From the NCBI GenBank assembly GCA_050125095.1, contig JASFEA010000005.1:1-47709 (forward strand): a stretch of DNA of 47,709 bases, in the 5' to 3' direction. Positions 36,127 to 45,900 of the stretch are shown here, in pieces. Origin of the DNA: a bacterium. Lineage in GTDB: Bacteria; Arandabacterota; Arandabacteria; Arandabacterales; JALGWA01. Both the position numbers and the translations under genes were made by a program. The notes beneath the pieces were generated by a model. It was not told the DNA's origin, made no database searches, and saw only the letters and a list, made by a program, of their open reading frames with translations. Each line of letters opens with the position of its first letter. Position 1 is the stretch's first letter.

Positions 36127-36636
36127 TTGAGAAAGCTAACCCTGACAATTATCTCGTACTTAGTATGGTTCCTCCTGGTGTGGCCGTTCGATCCCGTCAC
36201 CGGCCAGCTCAAGATGCAGAGCACGGTGGTGGGTATCTTCGTCGCGCTTTTCGTGGGCCTATATCTGGGGGAGAAGATTCCGACGCAGATCGGCGTTGGG
36301 ACGGTATTCCGCAGGATCTTCTGGATCCTCATCTACATTCCCTACTTCTCGTACTACGTGATCCTGGCCAACTTCGACGTCGTCTACAGGGTAATCCATC
36401 CCGAGATGCCGATTCATCCGGGAATCGTTAAAGTAAGGACCAACCTGAAGAGCCCTGCGGGACGGACGATGCTCGCCAACTCGATCACCCTTACGCCTGG
36501 AACGCTGACCGTCGACATCACCGACGACGGTTATCTTTACATCCACTGGATCAATGTGCAGGCCCAGGATGTCGAGGGTGCCACGAAACGCATCGTGGGC
36601 AAATTCGAGAGGATGATAAGGAGGATGTTTGAATGA
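36127..36636 (+). CDS. mnhE: MrpE/MnhE-like subunit
   Basis: ANFDV..RV, PGIVKV, LANSITLTPGTLTVD, LYIHW. Confidence 0.9.
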   Translation: MRKLTLTIISYLVWFLLVWPFDPVTGQLKMQSTVVGIFVALFVGLYLGEKIPTQIGVGTVFRRIFWILIYIPYFSYYVILANFDVVYRVIHPEMPIHPGIVKVRTNLKSPAGRTMLANSITLTPGTLTVDITDDGYLYIHWINVQAQDVEGATKRIVGKFERMIRRMFE

Positions 36637-36896
36637 CGTTCATCTATTTCATCGCGGCCATTCTGTCGGTCTCGAGCTTCCTGTGCCTGTACAGAATCGG
36701 TCAAGGCCCCACGGCCCCGGATCGAAGCGTTGCGATTGATATTCTCGGAACGGTTGTTGTCGGCTTCGTATGCCTCTCGGCGATTACCATGAGGAGAGAC
36801 TTCTACATCAACCTGGCGATCGCCTGGGCGCTCGTCAGCTACGTGGGAACACTCGCCCTCTCCAAGCATCTGGAAGGGAGGCGCTTCGATGACTAG
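36633..36896 (+). CDS. mnhF: MrpF/MnhF-like subunit
   Basis: YRIGQGPTAPDRSVAID; three TM segments. Confidence 0.88.
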   Translation: MTFIYFIAAILSVSSFLCLYRIGQGPTAPDRSVAIDILGTVVVGFVCLSAITMRRDFYINLAIAWALVSYVGTLALSKHLEGRRFDD

Positions 36897-37251
36897 CAAC
36901 GTGATTATAGGATACGTGTTCATTACGATAGGGGCGTTCTTCGACCTCTTCGGCTGCGTGGGGCTCGTGAGGTTTCCGGACGTATATAACAGGCTGCAGG
37001 CGGCGACGAAGTGCGTCACGCTCGGGACGATTATGATTCTTGTCGGCACGGCCATAGTGGCCGCCGAGCCCACGATATCCATAAAGGCGATTCTATGCGC
37101 CACATTCATCGCCCTGACCTCGCCGACGGGGGCGCATGCGCTCGCGCGCGGCTCATACCTTTCGGGCGTAGGTCTCTGGGAGAAGAGCGTTGTTGACCAA
37201 TTCAAAGAACGTGCAGAAAAGATCAAGGCTCAGCATGGAGACAAGAGATGA
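36889..37251 (+). CDS. mnhG: MrpG/MnhG-like subunit
   Basis: GLVRFPDVYNRLQAATK..TLG; LTSPTGAHALAR. Confidence 0.9.
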   Translation: MTSNVIIGYVFITIGAFFDLFGCVGLVRFPDVYNRLQAATKCVTLGTIMILVGTAIVAAEPTISIKAILCATFIALTSPTGAHALARGSYLSGVGLWEKSVVDQFKERAEKIKAQHGDKR

Positions 37252-37856
37252 AGTTACCAGGAATCCTGCAGGTTAGAGTTCTTAAAGAAGCACTGACCGC
37301 GCTGTTTACTGGACCTTATACGCATCCGTTTCCGCATCAGCCTTCTGAACCGCAGAAGCGTTACAGAGGCATGCCGAAGTTCGACGAGGAGGGGTGTGTG
37401 GGCTGTGGTGCATGTGCTGAAACGTGTCCGGCGGACGACATACAGATAGTCGACGACCCTGAAAAGAAGAAGAGGACAATCTCGCTTCGCTATGACAAGT
37501 GCATTTACTGCGGCACGTGCGAGGCGACGTGCATAACTCAGAAGGGTGTGAAGCTGAGCAAGGACTACGCCACCGTCTATCTCGACAGGAACGACGCCGT
37601 CACCAAGATCGAGAAAGACCTCGTTCTCTGCGAGAAATGCGGCGCCATAGTCGGGACTCCCGACCACATCAGGTGGGTGGCGGACAGGCTCGGCCCGCTC
37701 GCCTACTCCAATCCCACGCTCCTTCTATCGACGATGAGGGACTCCAACATGCTCGGCGAAGTGCCTGATCGCCAGGACGATCTGGAAGCCGGGAGACAGG
37801 ATGTCGTGAGGATCCTCTGTCCGGCTTGCAGGCGGGAGATTCAGCTCAAGGCCTAG
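37248..37856 (+). CDS. 2[4Fe-4S] subunit (NuoI/HycF/MbhN-like) with C-terminal CxxC pair
   Basis: YRGMP, CVGCGACAETCP, CIYCGTCEATC, CEKC...CPAC. Confidence 0.88.
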   Translation: MKLPGILQVRVLKEALTALFTGPYTHPFPHQPSEPQKRYRGMPKFDEEGCVGCGACAETCPADDIQIVDDPEKKKRTISLRYDKCIYCGTCEATCITQKGVKLSKDYATVYLDRNDAVTKIEKDLVLCEKCGAIVGTPDHIRWVADRLGPLAYSNPTLLLSTMRDSNMLGEVPDRQDDLEAGRQDVVRILCPACRREIQLKA

Positions 37857-37927
37857 GCAAGCCAGGGACCGATTGGAGGAACCCAGCCAGGATCCGGCCT
37901 CATATGGCCCGTTGACTTTGCAAACCT

Positions 37928-38407
37928 ATGCTATATGACTGTCTTCTCAAAGAAATGCTCGCGGGCAGGGTAGTCATCGCCTGCGTCGGCAACGAGCTTC
38001 GCGCCGATGACGGGGTGGGGCCGCTTATGGCGGGCCTGATAGCCGAGACGCCCGGTCTCAAGGTCGTAAACTGCGGCGAGACCCCCGAGAACTACCTCGG
38101 CGTGATCATCAGGGAGAGACCGGAGAAGGTCGTGGTGATTGACGCCGTGTATATGGGCGCCGAGGCAGGAGAGGTCAGGGCCATACGCAAGGAGGACCTG
38201 GCCGAGGGCGGCTACTCCACCCATATGCCCACGCTCTCTCTCTTCACCGACTTCATCGAGAGCCAGGCCGATACCATGGTCTATTTCATAGGCATTCAGC
38301 CCGAGACCATTGCCTTCGGCGGGAAGATGACCCCCGCGGTTCGGAAGGCCGCCGGCGACCTTGCCGGGCGGATAAACGCTTTGACGGGCGCGGCAGGGAC
38401 CGGCTGA
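37928..38407 (+). CDS. hycI: Hydrogenase maturation endopeptidase (HycI-like)
   Basis: VGNELRADDGVG, GETPEN, VIDAV, STH, GIQP. Confidence 0.88.
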   Translation: MLYDCLLKEMLAGRVVIACVGNELRADDGVGPLMAGLIAETPGLKVVNCGETPENYLGVIIRERPEKVVVIDAVYMGAEAGEVRAIRKEDLAEGGYSTHMPTLSLFTDFIESQADTMVYFIGIQPETIAFGGKMTPAVRKAAGDLAGRINALTGAAGTG

Positions 38408-38502
38408 CAGGGGGAGCCGGGAAGGCCTGACCCCTGTAGCCTATTGACAACGGCGTGCGGCCTCGTGATTATTAGGGTGTTGAAGCAATAGCAGCAAAGG
38501 AG

Positions 38503-39687
38503 ATGAGCATGAAAAAGATCGCCCGCTGTGCGGTCACTCTGACCCTTGTCGCCCTGGCCGCCCTTCTGTTCGCGGCGCCCGAAGCCGGTGCTGAGGCGGA
38601 AGCCAGGAGTATTATTCTCCTCATAGGCGACGGGATGGGGCCCCAGATACTGACCATAGGCAAGATGTACTCCGAGATGGAACTCGGCGCCGTCCTGAGC
38701 ATGGAGCGGCTCGCCGACGCGGGCACGTCTGGCTACATGAGCACCCATTCGGCCAACAAGCTGGTCACGGATTCGGCTGCTTCGGGAACTGCCATAGCCT
38801 GCGGGCAGAAGACCGACAACGGCAGGGTCGGGGTAATGCCGGACACCACGGAGATCGACAACATCTTCGACATAGCCGTGCGAAACGGCAAGGCGGTGGG
38901 GGCCGTGACCACGACGGCCGTCACGCATGCCACCCCCGCGTCTTTCCTTGCTCATCACAAATACCGCTCATGGGAGTGGGACATAGCCGCCCAGATAGCC
39001 GAGACGGAGGCTTCAGTCGTGATGGGCGGCGGATTCAAGTTCTTCCTGCCACCCGAGCGCGGAGGCGGCCGCCGCGGCGGGGACCTCACGGAGGCCATGG
39101 CCGCGAGGGGCTTCGACGTCGTCTACGACCGGGAGGGCCTGCTGGCTTCGGATGCCGACCGCATAATGGGGCTCTTCGCCGAGGAGAACGTCCCCTATGA
39201 GCTCGACCGCGACATGGAGACCGTGCCTTCGCTTACCGAGATGACGGCCAAAGCCATAGAAATCCTCTCGCGCGACGAGGACGGGTTCATGCTCATGGTA
39301 GAGGGCGGGAGAATTGACCATGCCGAGCATGAAAACAACATAGTGGACGCGCTCGGCGAGTTCATCGCCTTCGACGCCGTCGTCGGGTATGCGCTGGAGT
39401 ACCAGCGGAAGCACCCTGATGTCACCGTGATCGTGACCTCCGACCATGACTGCGGCGGGCCCGCCATCACGGCCATGAAGGGCGGTTATGCGGGCTATCC
39501 GGACATAGACCAGTATCATCAGCTGGACGATGAGGACAGTCCGGTTGTCAGGTGGGTCTCGGGGGACCATACTGCGACACTGGTCCCCGTGTTCGCAATC
39601 GGACCCGGCCAGGAGAAGTTCTCGGGCATCATAGACAACACGGACATCTTCAATTACTCAATGGAAATACTCGGCCTCGAGGATTAG
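38503..39687 (+). CDS. phoA: Alkaline phosphatase (secreted)
   Basis: Signal peptide; LIGDGMG, VTDSAASGTA (catalytic Ser), HATPA, VEGGRIDHAEH, TSDH. Confidence 0.92.
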   Translation: MSMKKIARCAVTLTLVALAALLFAAPEAGAEAEARSIILLIGDGMGPQILTIGKMYSEMELGAVLSMERLADAGTSGYMSTHSANKLVTDSAASGTAIACGQKTDNGRVGVMPDTTEIDNIFDIAVRNGKAVGAVTTTAVTHATPASFLAHHKYRSWEWDIAAQIAETEASVVMGGGFKFFLPPERGGGRRGGDLTEAMAARGFDVVYDREGLLASDADRIMGLFAEENVPYELDRDMETVPSLTEMTAKAIEILSRDEDGFMLMVEGGRIDHAEHENNIVDALGEFIAFDAVVGYALEYQRKHPDVTVIVTSDHDCGGPAITAMKGGYAGYPDIDQYHQLDDEDSPVVRWVSGDHTATLVPVFAIGPGQEKFSGIIDNTDIFNYSMEILGLED

Positions 39688-39728
39688 CGGGGCCGGATGG
39701 TCAGCAAGGCGCTGCGAGGAGGGCACCG

Positions 39729-41165
39729 ATGGCTCGGAAGACCGACGCTGTGGCCGGGGCGCTAGCCCGGATCAAGAAGGCCGGAGTCGAAGGGGTGAAC
39801 TTCAGGTTCACCGACCTCATGGGTAGCTGGCATCAGGTTACGTTGCCGGTCAGCAATGTCAACGCCGTCACGTTTAGAGACGGCGTGGGTTTCGACGGTT
39901 CGAGCGTTAAGGGTTTCACGCATATGAGAAGCGGCGACCTTTCGCTCATCCCCGACCCGGACGCATCCTACATTGACGAGTTCGGCGGCGTCAGGAACAT
40001 GACCTTCATCTGTTACATCGCCGAGGCCAATACCAAGGACTATTTCAAGCGCGACCCGCGGCACGTTTCCGAGAAGGCCCTCGCCTATCTCAAGAAGACC
40101 GGAATCGCCGACCGGGTATTCCTCATACCCGAGCTCGAGTTCAACCTCTTCGACAGCGTCACGCTTATAGGGCCGCCTCACGGGCACGGCTACTTCGTCG
40201 AGTCCATGGAGGGGGGATTCGGGCCCGACACCATCGAGACGGAGCTTCCCCATATCGGCTCGCGAAGCGGCTATCACACCGTTCCGCCGGTGGACACCTT
40301 CATGAAGGTGCGGGCTAATATGGTCCAGGAGATAGAGCGGGCGGGCATCCCGGTCAAATACTCCCATCACGAAGTCGGCTCAGCCGGACAGTGCGAGGTC
40401 GAGCTCAAATGGGTGGACTTCGCCGAGGCCGGCGACCACGTAATGCTCGCGCGCTACATCATCAAGAACGTAGCAGCCGAGCACGACCTGGTGGCGACGT
40501 TTATTCCCAAGATCCTGAGGGAGCAGCCCGGGAACGGGCTTCACGTTCACCAGTGCCTCTGGAAAGCCGGCAGGAACCTCTTCTTCAAGAAGGGGGGGTA
40601 CGGCAACCTGAGCCAGCTCGGACTCAACTATATCGGCGGCATTCTAAGGCACGGCAAGGCCCTGCTGGCGCTGGCCTGCCCCAGCACCAACTCCTACCGG
40701 CGCCTGGTTCCCGGCTATGAGGCGCCGACATGCTTCTTCTTCTCCATCGGCAACCGCAGCGCGGCCATCCGCATTCCCATGGATATAATGAGGGCGGAGC
40801 AGGCGCGCATCGAGTACAGGCCTTCGGACGCGACCTCCAATATTTACCTCTCGCTCTCGGCAGTGCTCATGGCGGGGCTGGACGGCATAAAGAACGAGAT
40901 CGACCCCGTGAAGGCGGGCTACGGGCCGCTGGACGTTGATATCACCGATCTCAGCGAGATCGAGGCCCGTGGCATCGAGGCCGTTCCGTACTCGCTTCCT
41001 GAGGCCCTGGAGGCTCTCAAGGCCGATCATGACTTCCTCCTGGAGGGCGGCGTCTTCACGGAGGACGTCATAAGCGCCTGGATCGACGCCAAGTACAAGA
41101 GCGAGATCCTGCCCATAAGCAGGCTACCGCACCCCCATGAGATAGAGCTTTACCTCGACTGCTGA
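39729..41165 (+). CDS. glnA: Glutamine synthetase type I
   Basis: FDGSS, PELEF, HHEV, GLHVH, SYRRLVPGYEAP, NRSAAIRIP, RIEYR; GAGGAGG RBS before ATG 39729. Confidence 0.93.
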   Translation: MARKTDAVAGALARIKKAGVEGVNFRFTDLMGSWHQVTLPVSNVNAVTFRDGVGFDGSSVKGFTHMRSGDLSLIPDPDASYIDEFGGVRNMTFICYIAEANTKDYFKRDPRHVSEKALAYLKKTGIADRVFLIPELEFNLFDSVTLIGPPHGHGYFVESMEGGFGPDTIETELPHIGSRSGYHTVPPVDTFMKVRANMVQEIERAGIPVKYSHHEVGSAGQCEVELKWVDFAEAGDHVMLARYIIKNVAAEHDLVATFIPKILREQPGNGLHVHQCLWKAGRNLFFKKGGYGNLSQLGLNYIGGILRHGKALLALACPSTNSYRRLVPGYEAPTCFFFSIGNRSAAIRIPMDIMRAEQARIEYRPSDATSNIYLSLSAVLMAGLDGIKNEIDPVKAGYGPLDVDITDLSEIEARGIEAVPYSLPEALEALKADHDFLLEGGVFTEDVISAWIDAKYKSEILPISRLPHPHEIELYLDC

Positions 41166-41178
41166 TGGGTTCAGTTCC

Positions 41179-41236
41179 GGGGTCAGGTCTTGAAATGCAC
41201 AATGTGCATAAGAGGGGTCAGGTCTTATATTGCACA
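41179..41236. repeat. REP-like 23-bp repeat pair (GGGGTCAGGTCTNNNNNTGCACA x2)
   Basis: Copies at 41179-41201 and 41214-41236, between convergent glnA and DUF364 genes. Confidence 0.85.
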
Positions 41237-41244
41237 GCCGGACC

Positions 41245-41964
41245 CTAATCCTCTTCGCGCGGTGCCTCAAGCATGATGGGGGCGATCCCGGTCGAATCCG
41301 AAACGTCCTTCGCCCCGGTTGCCACCACCGTGGCGACCCGGCCCTCATTGATGATCTTGATCCCGCCTATCTGGTCGGCCCCGTATTCGAAGAGAACGGG
41401 GGAGAGCGGCGTGGTGGGTCCGAAGACTATTGTGTAGCTGGGCTCGGCCCACTTGAGGTACCGCTCGAGCGAGTGGTCGACTATGGCCGCTCCCTCGATA
41501 ATGGAAATGTCAGCTACATGCAGGATGTTCTCGGCCTTCTCCGCGGCGTAGTCGCCCTTGCCCACACCGCTGGAGATCGTCCACACCTCTCCCGCCAGTT
41601 CCCTCAGGCGCCCTGTGAAGGGGAAGTCGCCGACGACTGCCACCTTTTTGTCGCGGGCCCGCGGCAGCACTCCCCGCCGGGCCTTTCCGGGCTCCATGTA
41701 CCTGCTTAAGATGGAATTGAGGGTCGCGATGCCGACGGATGCCTCAGCCAGGTCATCCGAGAAGGCGAGGTCCAGAAGGGCCGGGGTTCTCGACCTTAAT
41801 ATTGTTTCCTTGAGAGCCGCCCCGCATTCGGGCTGGTAACCGAGCGTGGAGGCCAGGCCCGGGGCGCCCGATGTCACGAGCGTCCAGTACGGGCTCATGA
41901 TGATGTTTGAGATCTCCTCATCATGGGCGCGGGCGCCGTCAATGAGGTCTTCGAGAAGTCCCAT
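41245..41964 (-). CDS. DUF364 (Rossmann-like) family protein
   Basis: GLAST, EASVGIATLNS, KKVAVVGDFPF, FGPTTPLSPVLFEYG. Confidence 0.8.
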   Translation of the reverse strand: MGLLEDLIDGARAHDEEISNIIMSPYWTLVTSGAPGLASTLGYQPECGAALKETILRSRTPALLDLAFSDDLAEASVGIATLNSILSRYMEPGKARRGVLPRARDKKVAVVGDFPFTGRLRELAGEVWTISSGVGKGDYAAEKAENILHVADISIIEGAAIVDHSLERYLKWAEPSYTIVFGPTTPLSPVLFEYGADQIGGIKIINEGRVATVVATGAKDVSDSTGIAPIMLEAPREED

Positions 41965-42025
41965 ACGCCTATTTTACATCAAGCAGGACCCGGTAGTCCA
42001 ATTTTGAAATAGGTATAATAACCGG

Positions 42026-42631
42026 CTAGAGGGGGTAACCCAGGCCCAGCATGATCCCGACCATGTTCACCGACTCAAGCGGGGGCTGGTAATTCCCCGC
42101 CTTCTCGAACGTTCCTTCCATGTAGGAATAGTATGCCTCGGCGGCGAAGAACAACTCCTGGAACATCCTTATACGGCGTTCGTAGCGTATCAGGCCTCCG
42201 AGACCCAGCCGGGTATCCCTCGCGCCGATCGATGTCCTGGCTGTAAAGATGGACTGCGATGCATTGACGAAATGGATCTGAGGTCCCGCACCGATTAGTA
42301 ACTGATTGTCCGGCTTCCCCCTGAAGACGTCGAAATATGCATAGGGAGATACGGAGAAGAGGCGGTACTTCTCCTCGGCCCAATATGTCCCGGGATTGGC
42401 TTCACTCTCGAGCATCGCTGAGGCCTCGAAGAAGCGAACCGCCACGCCAAAAGTCAGCCTCTGGTCGCCGCGGATGGTTGCGCCCCAGAGGAAACCCGAT
42501 CCGTAACTGTCGCTATTGGTGTTGAGATAGCCGAACTCGATTGAAACGGGAGTTCCGCCATAGACTAACGGGGCATTGGCTGCCCCCAGCAACGCGATAA
42601 GCAATAATGACCTGGAAATCCTGCGCATCAC
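42026..42631 (-). CDS. Outer-membrane beta-barrel protein
   Basis: Signal peptide, amphipathic strands (IGAGPQIHF, LGLGGLIRY, AAEAYYSY), C-terminal LGLGYPL. Confidence 0.65.
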   Translation of the reverse strand: MMRRISRSLLLIALLGAANAPLVYGGTPVSIEFGYLNTNSDSYGSGFLWGATIRGDQRLTFGVAVRFFEASAMLESEANPGTYWAEEKYRLFSVSPYAYFDVFRGKPDNQLLIGAGPQIHFVNASQSIFTARTSIGARDTRLGLGGLIRYERRIRMFQELFFAAEAYYSYMEGTFEKAGNYQPPLESVNMVGIMLGLGYPL

Positions 42632-42684
42632 CTAGACTATACCCAATCCCCCGGCGCCCCAAAAGCTCAATTGTTTCGCCCCAT

Positions 42685-42916
42685 GGGGTCAGGTCTCGAG
42701 ATGCACAAAAGCCCGGGGTCAGGTCTTAGAATGCACAACGCACTCAGCGCGGGTGTGAAGGCATTCCGACGAGGCTTCGTCTCGAAAAAAACCGCCTCTG
42801 GCGCGCCTGGCAACCGGCGGCAGGCCGGCCGATGTGCATTTTCAGACCTGACCCCAGGAAACTGGCAACCGGCGGCAGGCCGGCCGATGTGCATTTTCAG
42901 ACCTGACCCCAGGAAA
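42685..42916. repeat. REP-like cluster: two direct plus two inverted 23-bp copies, including a 55-bp tandem duplication
   Basis: Forward copies 42685-42707 and 42715-42737; reverse copies 42833-42855 and 42888-42910; 42807-42861 repeated at 42862-42916. Confidence 0.85.
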
Positions 42917-42940
42917 AAGGGCACCCCAGAGGGTGCCCTT
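42914..42940 (-). terminator. Intrinsic terminator of 42985-46215 gene
   Basis: On the minus strand: AAGGGCACCC-TCTG-GGGTGCCCTT-TTT. Confidence 0.75.
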
Positions 42941-42984
42941 ATATAAACCGCAGCTCTACCCCGCCTCCACCGGCTGCTATATCC

Positions 42985-45900
42985 TCAGTTCACCACCAGC
43001 AGCTTCCTTGTGGTAGTGAAATCCCCCGCCTGCATTCTGTAGAAATATACCCCGCTCGATACGCGCCGGCCGTCTGCGTTGCGCCCGTCCCAGGCCACGC
43101 TGTGCACGCCGGGCTCAAGATTCTCGCTCACCAGGACTCGTACTCTCCGGCCGAGCGTATTGTAAACCGTGATGTTCACGTCGGCCCTCCGCGGTATCTC
43201 AAATGCGATGCGGGTGGAGGACACGAATGGGTTGGGCGCGTTCTGGGCCAGCATATAGGTGCGCGCGCGGCCGGGCTGATCCGGATCGCCCGCCATGCCG
43301 CCTCCCGAGGGCGGGAGGCCGAAGATGTCCTCCAGGATCAGGCGCATGAGCTCGACGCGGCCCTCGTAGACTCCGGTATCGTAGGCCGGCGCGAGCGGCG
43401 CGCCCCCCGTGCAATAAGTCGATGTATGGTTGACCGCCCCGCACAGGTCGAAGTTGACGAATGCCGATTGGCCCACGTTCTGGTACTCCGAATAGGTTAC
43501 CATGGCTGCCCCTGCAATGTAGGGATCTACCACGTCAACCAGCGACTGCGCGAAGTACCCGTTGGGGGGCGAGGCCTCCGGCCTTATCCAGCTCATGTCC
43601 TTGAGATATGGACACTCGCGGTACACGAGCAGGGTGTCGAAATCGATCGCGGTAGGAGTCCCGAGTACCAGAAGCGACTCCACGCCGGCGCAGTAGACAT
43701 AAGGCCGGACAAAAGGCGAAGTCATGTCCTCGAGATAGTCGGCTCCCAGGACTCCGCTGAGGAATATCCCGCCCATCGAATCTTCCCCTGCTCCGCCCTC
43801 CGCCTCGGGAGCGACACAGCAGGCGACCCTGTCGCCCAGGATCACGAGCTTCCCGCCGAGGCCGAGGTAGTCCTGCATTGCATACTGAGCCTCGGCATCG
43901 AAGAGGTAGTTGGAGAAGTAGGGCCCTGTAAACCACACGACGGCGTCATAGTCCGTGTTCCATGTGCAGAGATAGTGTACATGGACGTTGCTTCCCGCGC
44001 CGCTTATGTCGTATTTATCGAAGCAGTAGCCCGCGTCCGTGAGGGTCTTACTATATATGTCTTCTAACGGCGTCGTGCAGTCCACGCGGCTCAAACACGG
44101 CGCGTAGTCGTAATAGGTCCTGTTATTCCCGTCTACCAGCAGTATCCTGGTATCGGTGTAGTCCGACGGGTAAAGCGGCAGAATTGAGAACTCGAAATAG
44201 TCGTCCTGTGACCCGGTGTGGTACGGGCTCGCAGGGTCAGCCGTCCCCGGGTAGTATTCCTCATTGCTGAGCTGGTCGGTGCACTTCACGCAGTACCAGA
44301 CCACAGTCCCGGTATCCCACTCAGCGAGACTGAAATCGGACGGACACAGCGTGCCGTAGTACTCCCCGCCGCGGTCTGGTTCACCCGGGTAATACGGCTG
44401 GTATTGGTGCATGGCGACTGACACCCAGGATGCGCCCTCGTTCAGCGAGCCCAGGAGCTCCACGGACTGGATGAGGTCATTGTCTCTGATGTCCACGTAC
44501 AGCTGTTTGAACGCCGGCAGGAGATGCGCCCCGTTGGCGTAATAGTCCAGCGTGTCCTCGTCATAGGCGTCGAAATTCGAGTTGAACGCGCAGAGGTCGG
44601 CGAAGAACATGTCCTGAAGCACATCTATACCGCGGGCGCTGAACATGGTGGCGCTCGCGTCGTAGAAGCCTATCGACACGTTGTCGATCTGGTAGTCGGT
44701 TCCCTTGTGCTTGCCCCAGCAGAAGTCGCCGGGGTTGCCAACGTCCTCGATGTCCCAGCTGTACTGGACGGACTCGGCGTCTGCAGGCGCATACCAGGTC
44801 CAGTCCTCCTCGGCGTCAATCTGCCAGAAGAAGCAGCCGCTCGGTATGTAATAGGGTATTACCACCCACGGGCACCATGTCCCGTATGTGCCGCTGTAGA
44901 ACCTCGCCCTGTGCCGGGGATAATCACAGGTAAACTCGAAAGAGCAGATAAAGGCGTCGTACTGGACGACGCAGCCCGAGTTGAGCATGGGAAGGGATGG
45001 GCTCACAAGCCGGTAATACCAACCGTTCCGCCAGTAGGTACCCGCCGGGTAGCCGCTCTCGGGTCTTGCCCGGAATACATACGACGAGTCCAGCCGACAG
45101 GATAATTGATCGCCGCCGTCGCCGCCTTCATACGGCGGGTCGGGATCGCGCGTGATATGCCACTGGTCGATAAGCCCCGGAGCGTCGGGCGTTGACCAGT
45201 ATGCCGTGTCGAAGACACCGCTCTCGAAGTCCTCCTCGTAGCGATTGCCGTTTCCCCAGACCCATACATTGTCAATCCATGCGCCGCCGTCGAAATTACC
45301 CCGCCCGTCGGCGTCGCTGAAGGCGCCATCCGAGACGAAGCGCCACCTGAACATGGGTCCGGTCTCGTAGGAGTAGAGACTTGTGTCTATTCCGGCGGCA
45401 AACGCCGGCCAGGAAGGGTTGGAGCGCTCCTGCCAGTCCACGTTGATGAGGTTGTCGATATCGGTATTTCCCCAGAAGTCGGGGTTGCCGCCGCTGCCCC
45501 CGCCGCACTCCGGCCCCGGGTTGTTGCTGGTGGCGTTGAATGTGGCAAGTGTCACCCACTCGGAACCGTCCCACAAATCGACGTAGAAATAGTCGTACTT
45601 GCACTCGGTGTCGTACCTCGGGTCGAAGAAGAGGGTGCAGCCGCCGGCCACGCTGAAGGAATCGGGAAGCGTGAGCAAGGCTGCGCAGTTCCACTCATCG
45701 CCGTAGCCCGGCGGGTTCCGCCAGGTGCCGCATTCGACGGGGTATCCGTCCCAGACTGAGTCCGACCCGCACCAGAGGGCGTAGTCGCCGCAGTAGTCGC
45801 GCTGGTCTGCCCTGTATCTATCGACGTGCCAGTAATTGATACCCATGGGAGAGGAGAGCTTGCGCACGTCGCAGTGGTCGAAGCACTTGACGTCCCACGG

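Noticed and set aside
42685-42910. Repeat clusters as a CRISPR array
   Set aside because: Only two co-oriented copies per run, spacers of 7-32 bp, mixed orientation, and no cas genes.
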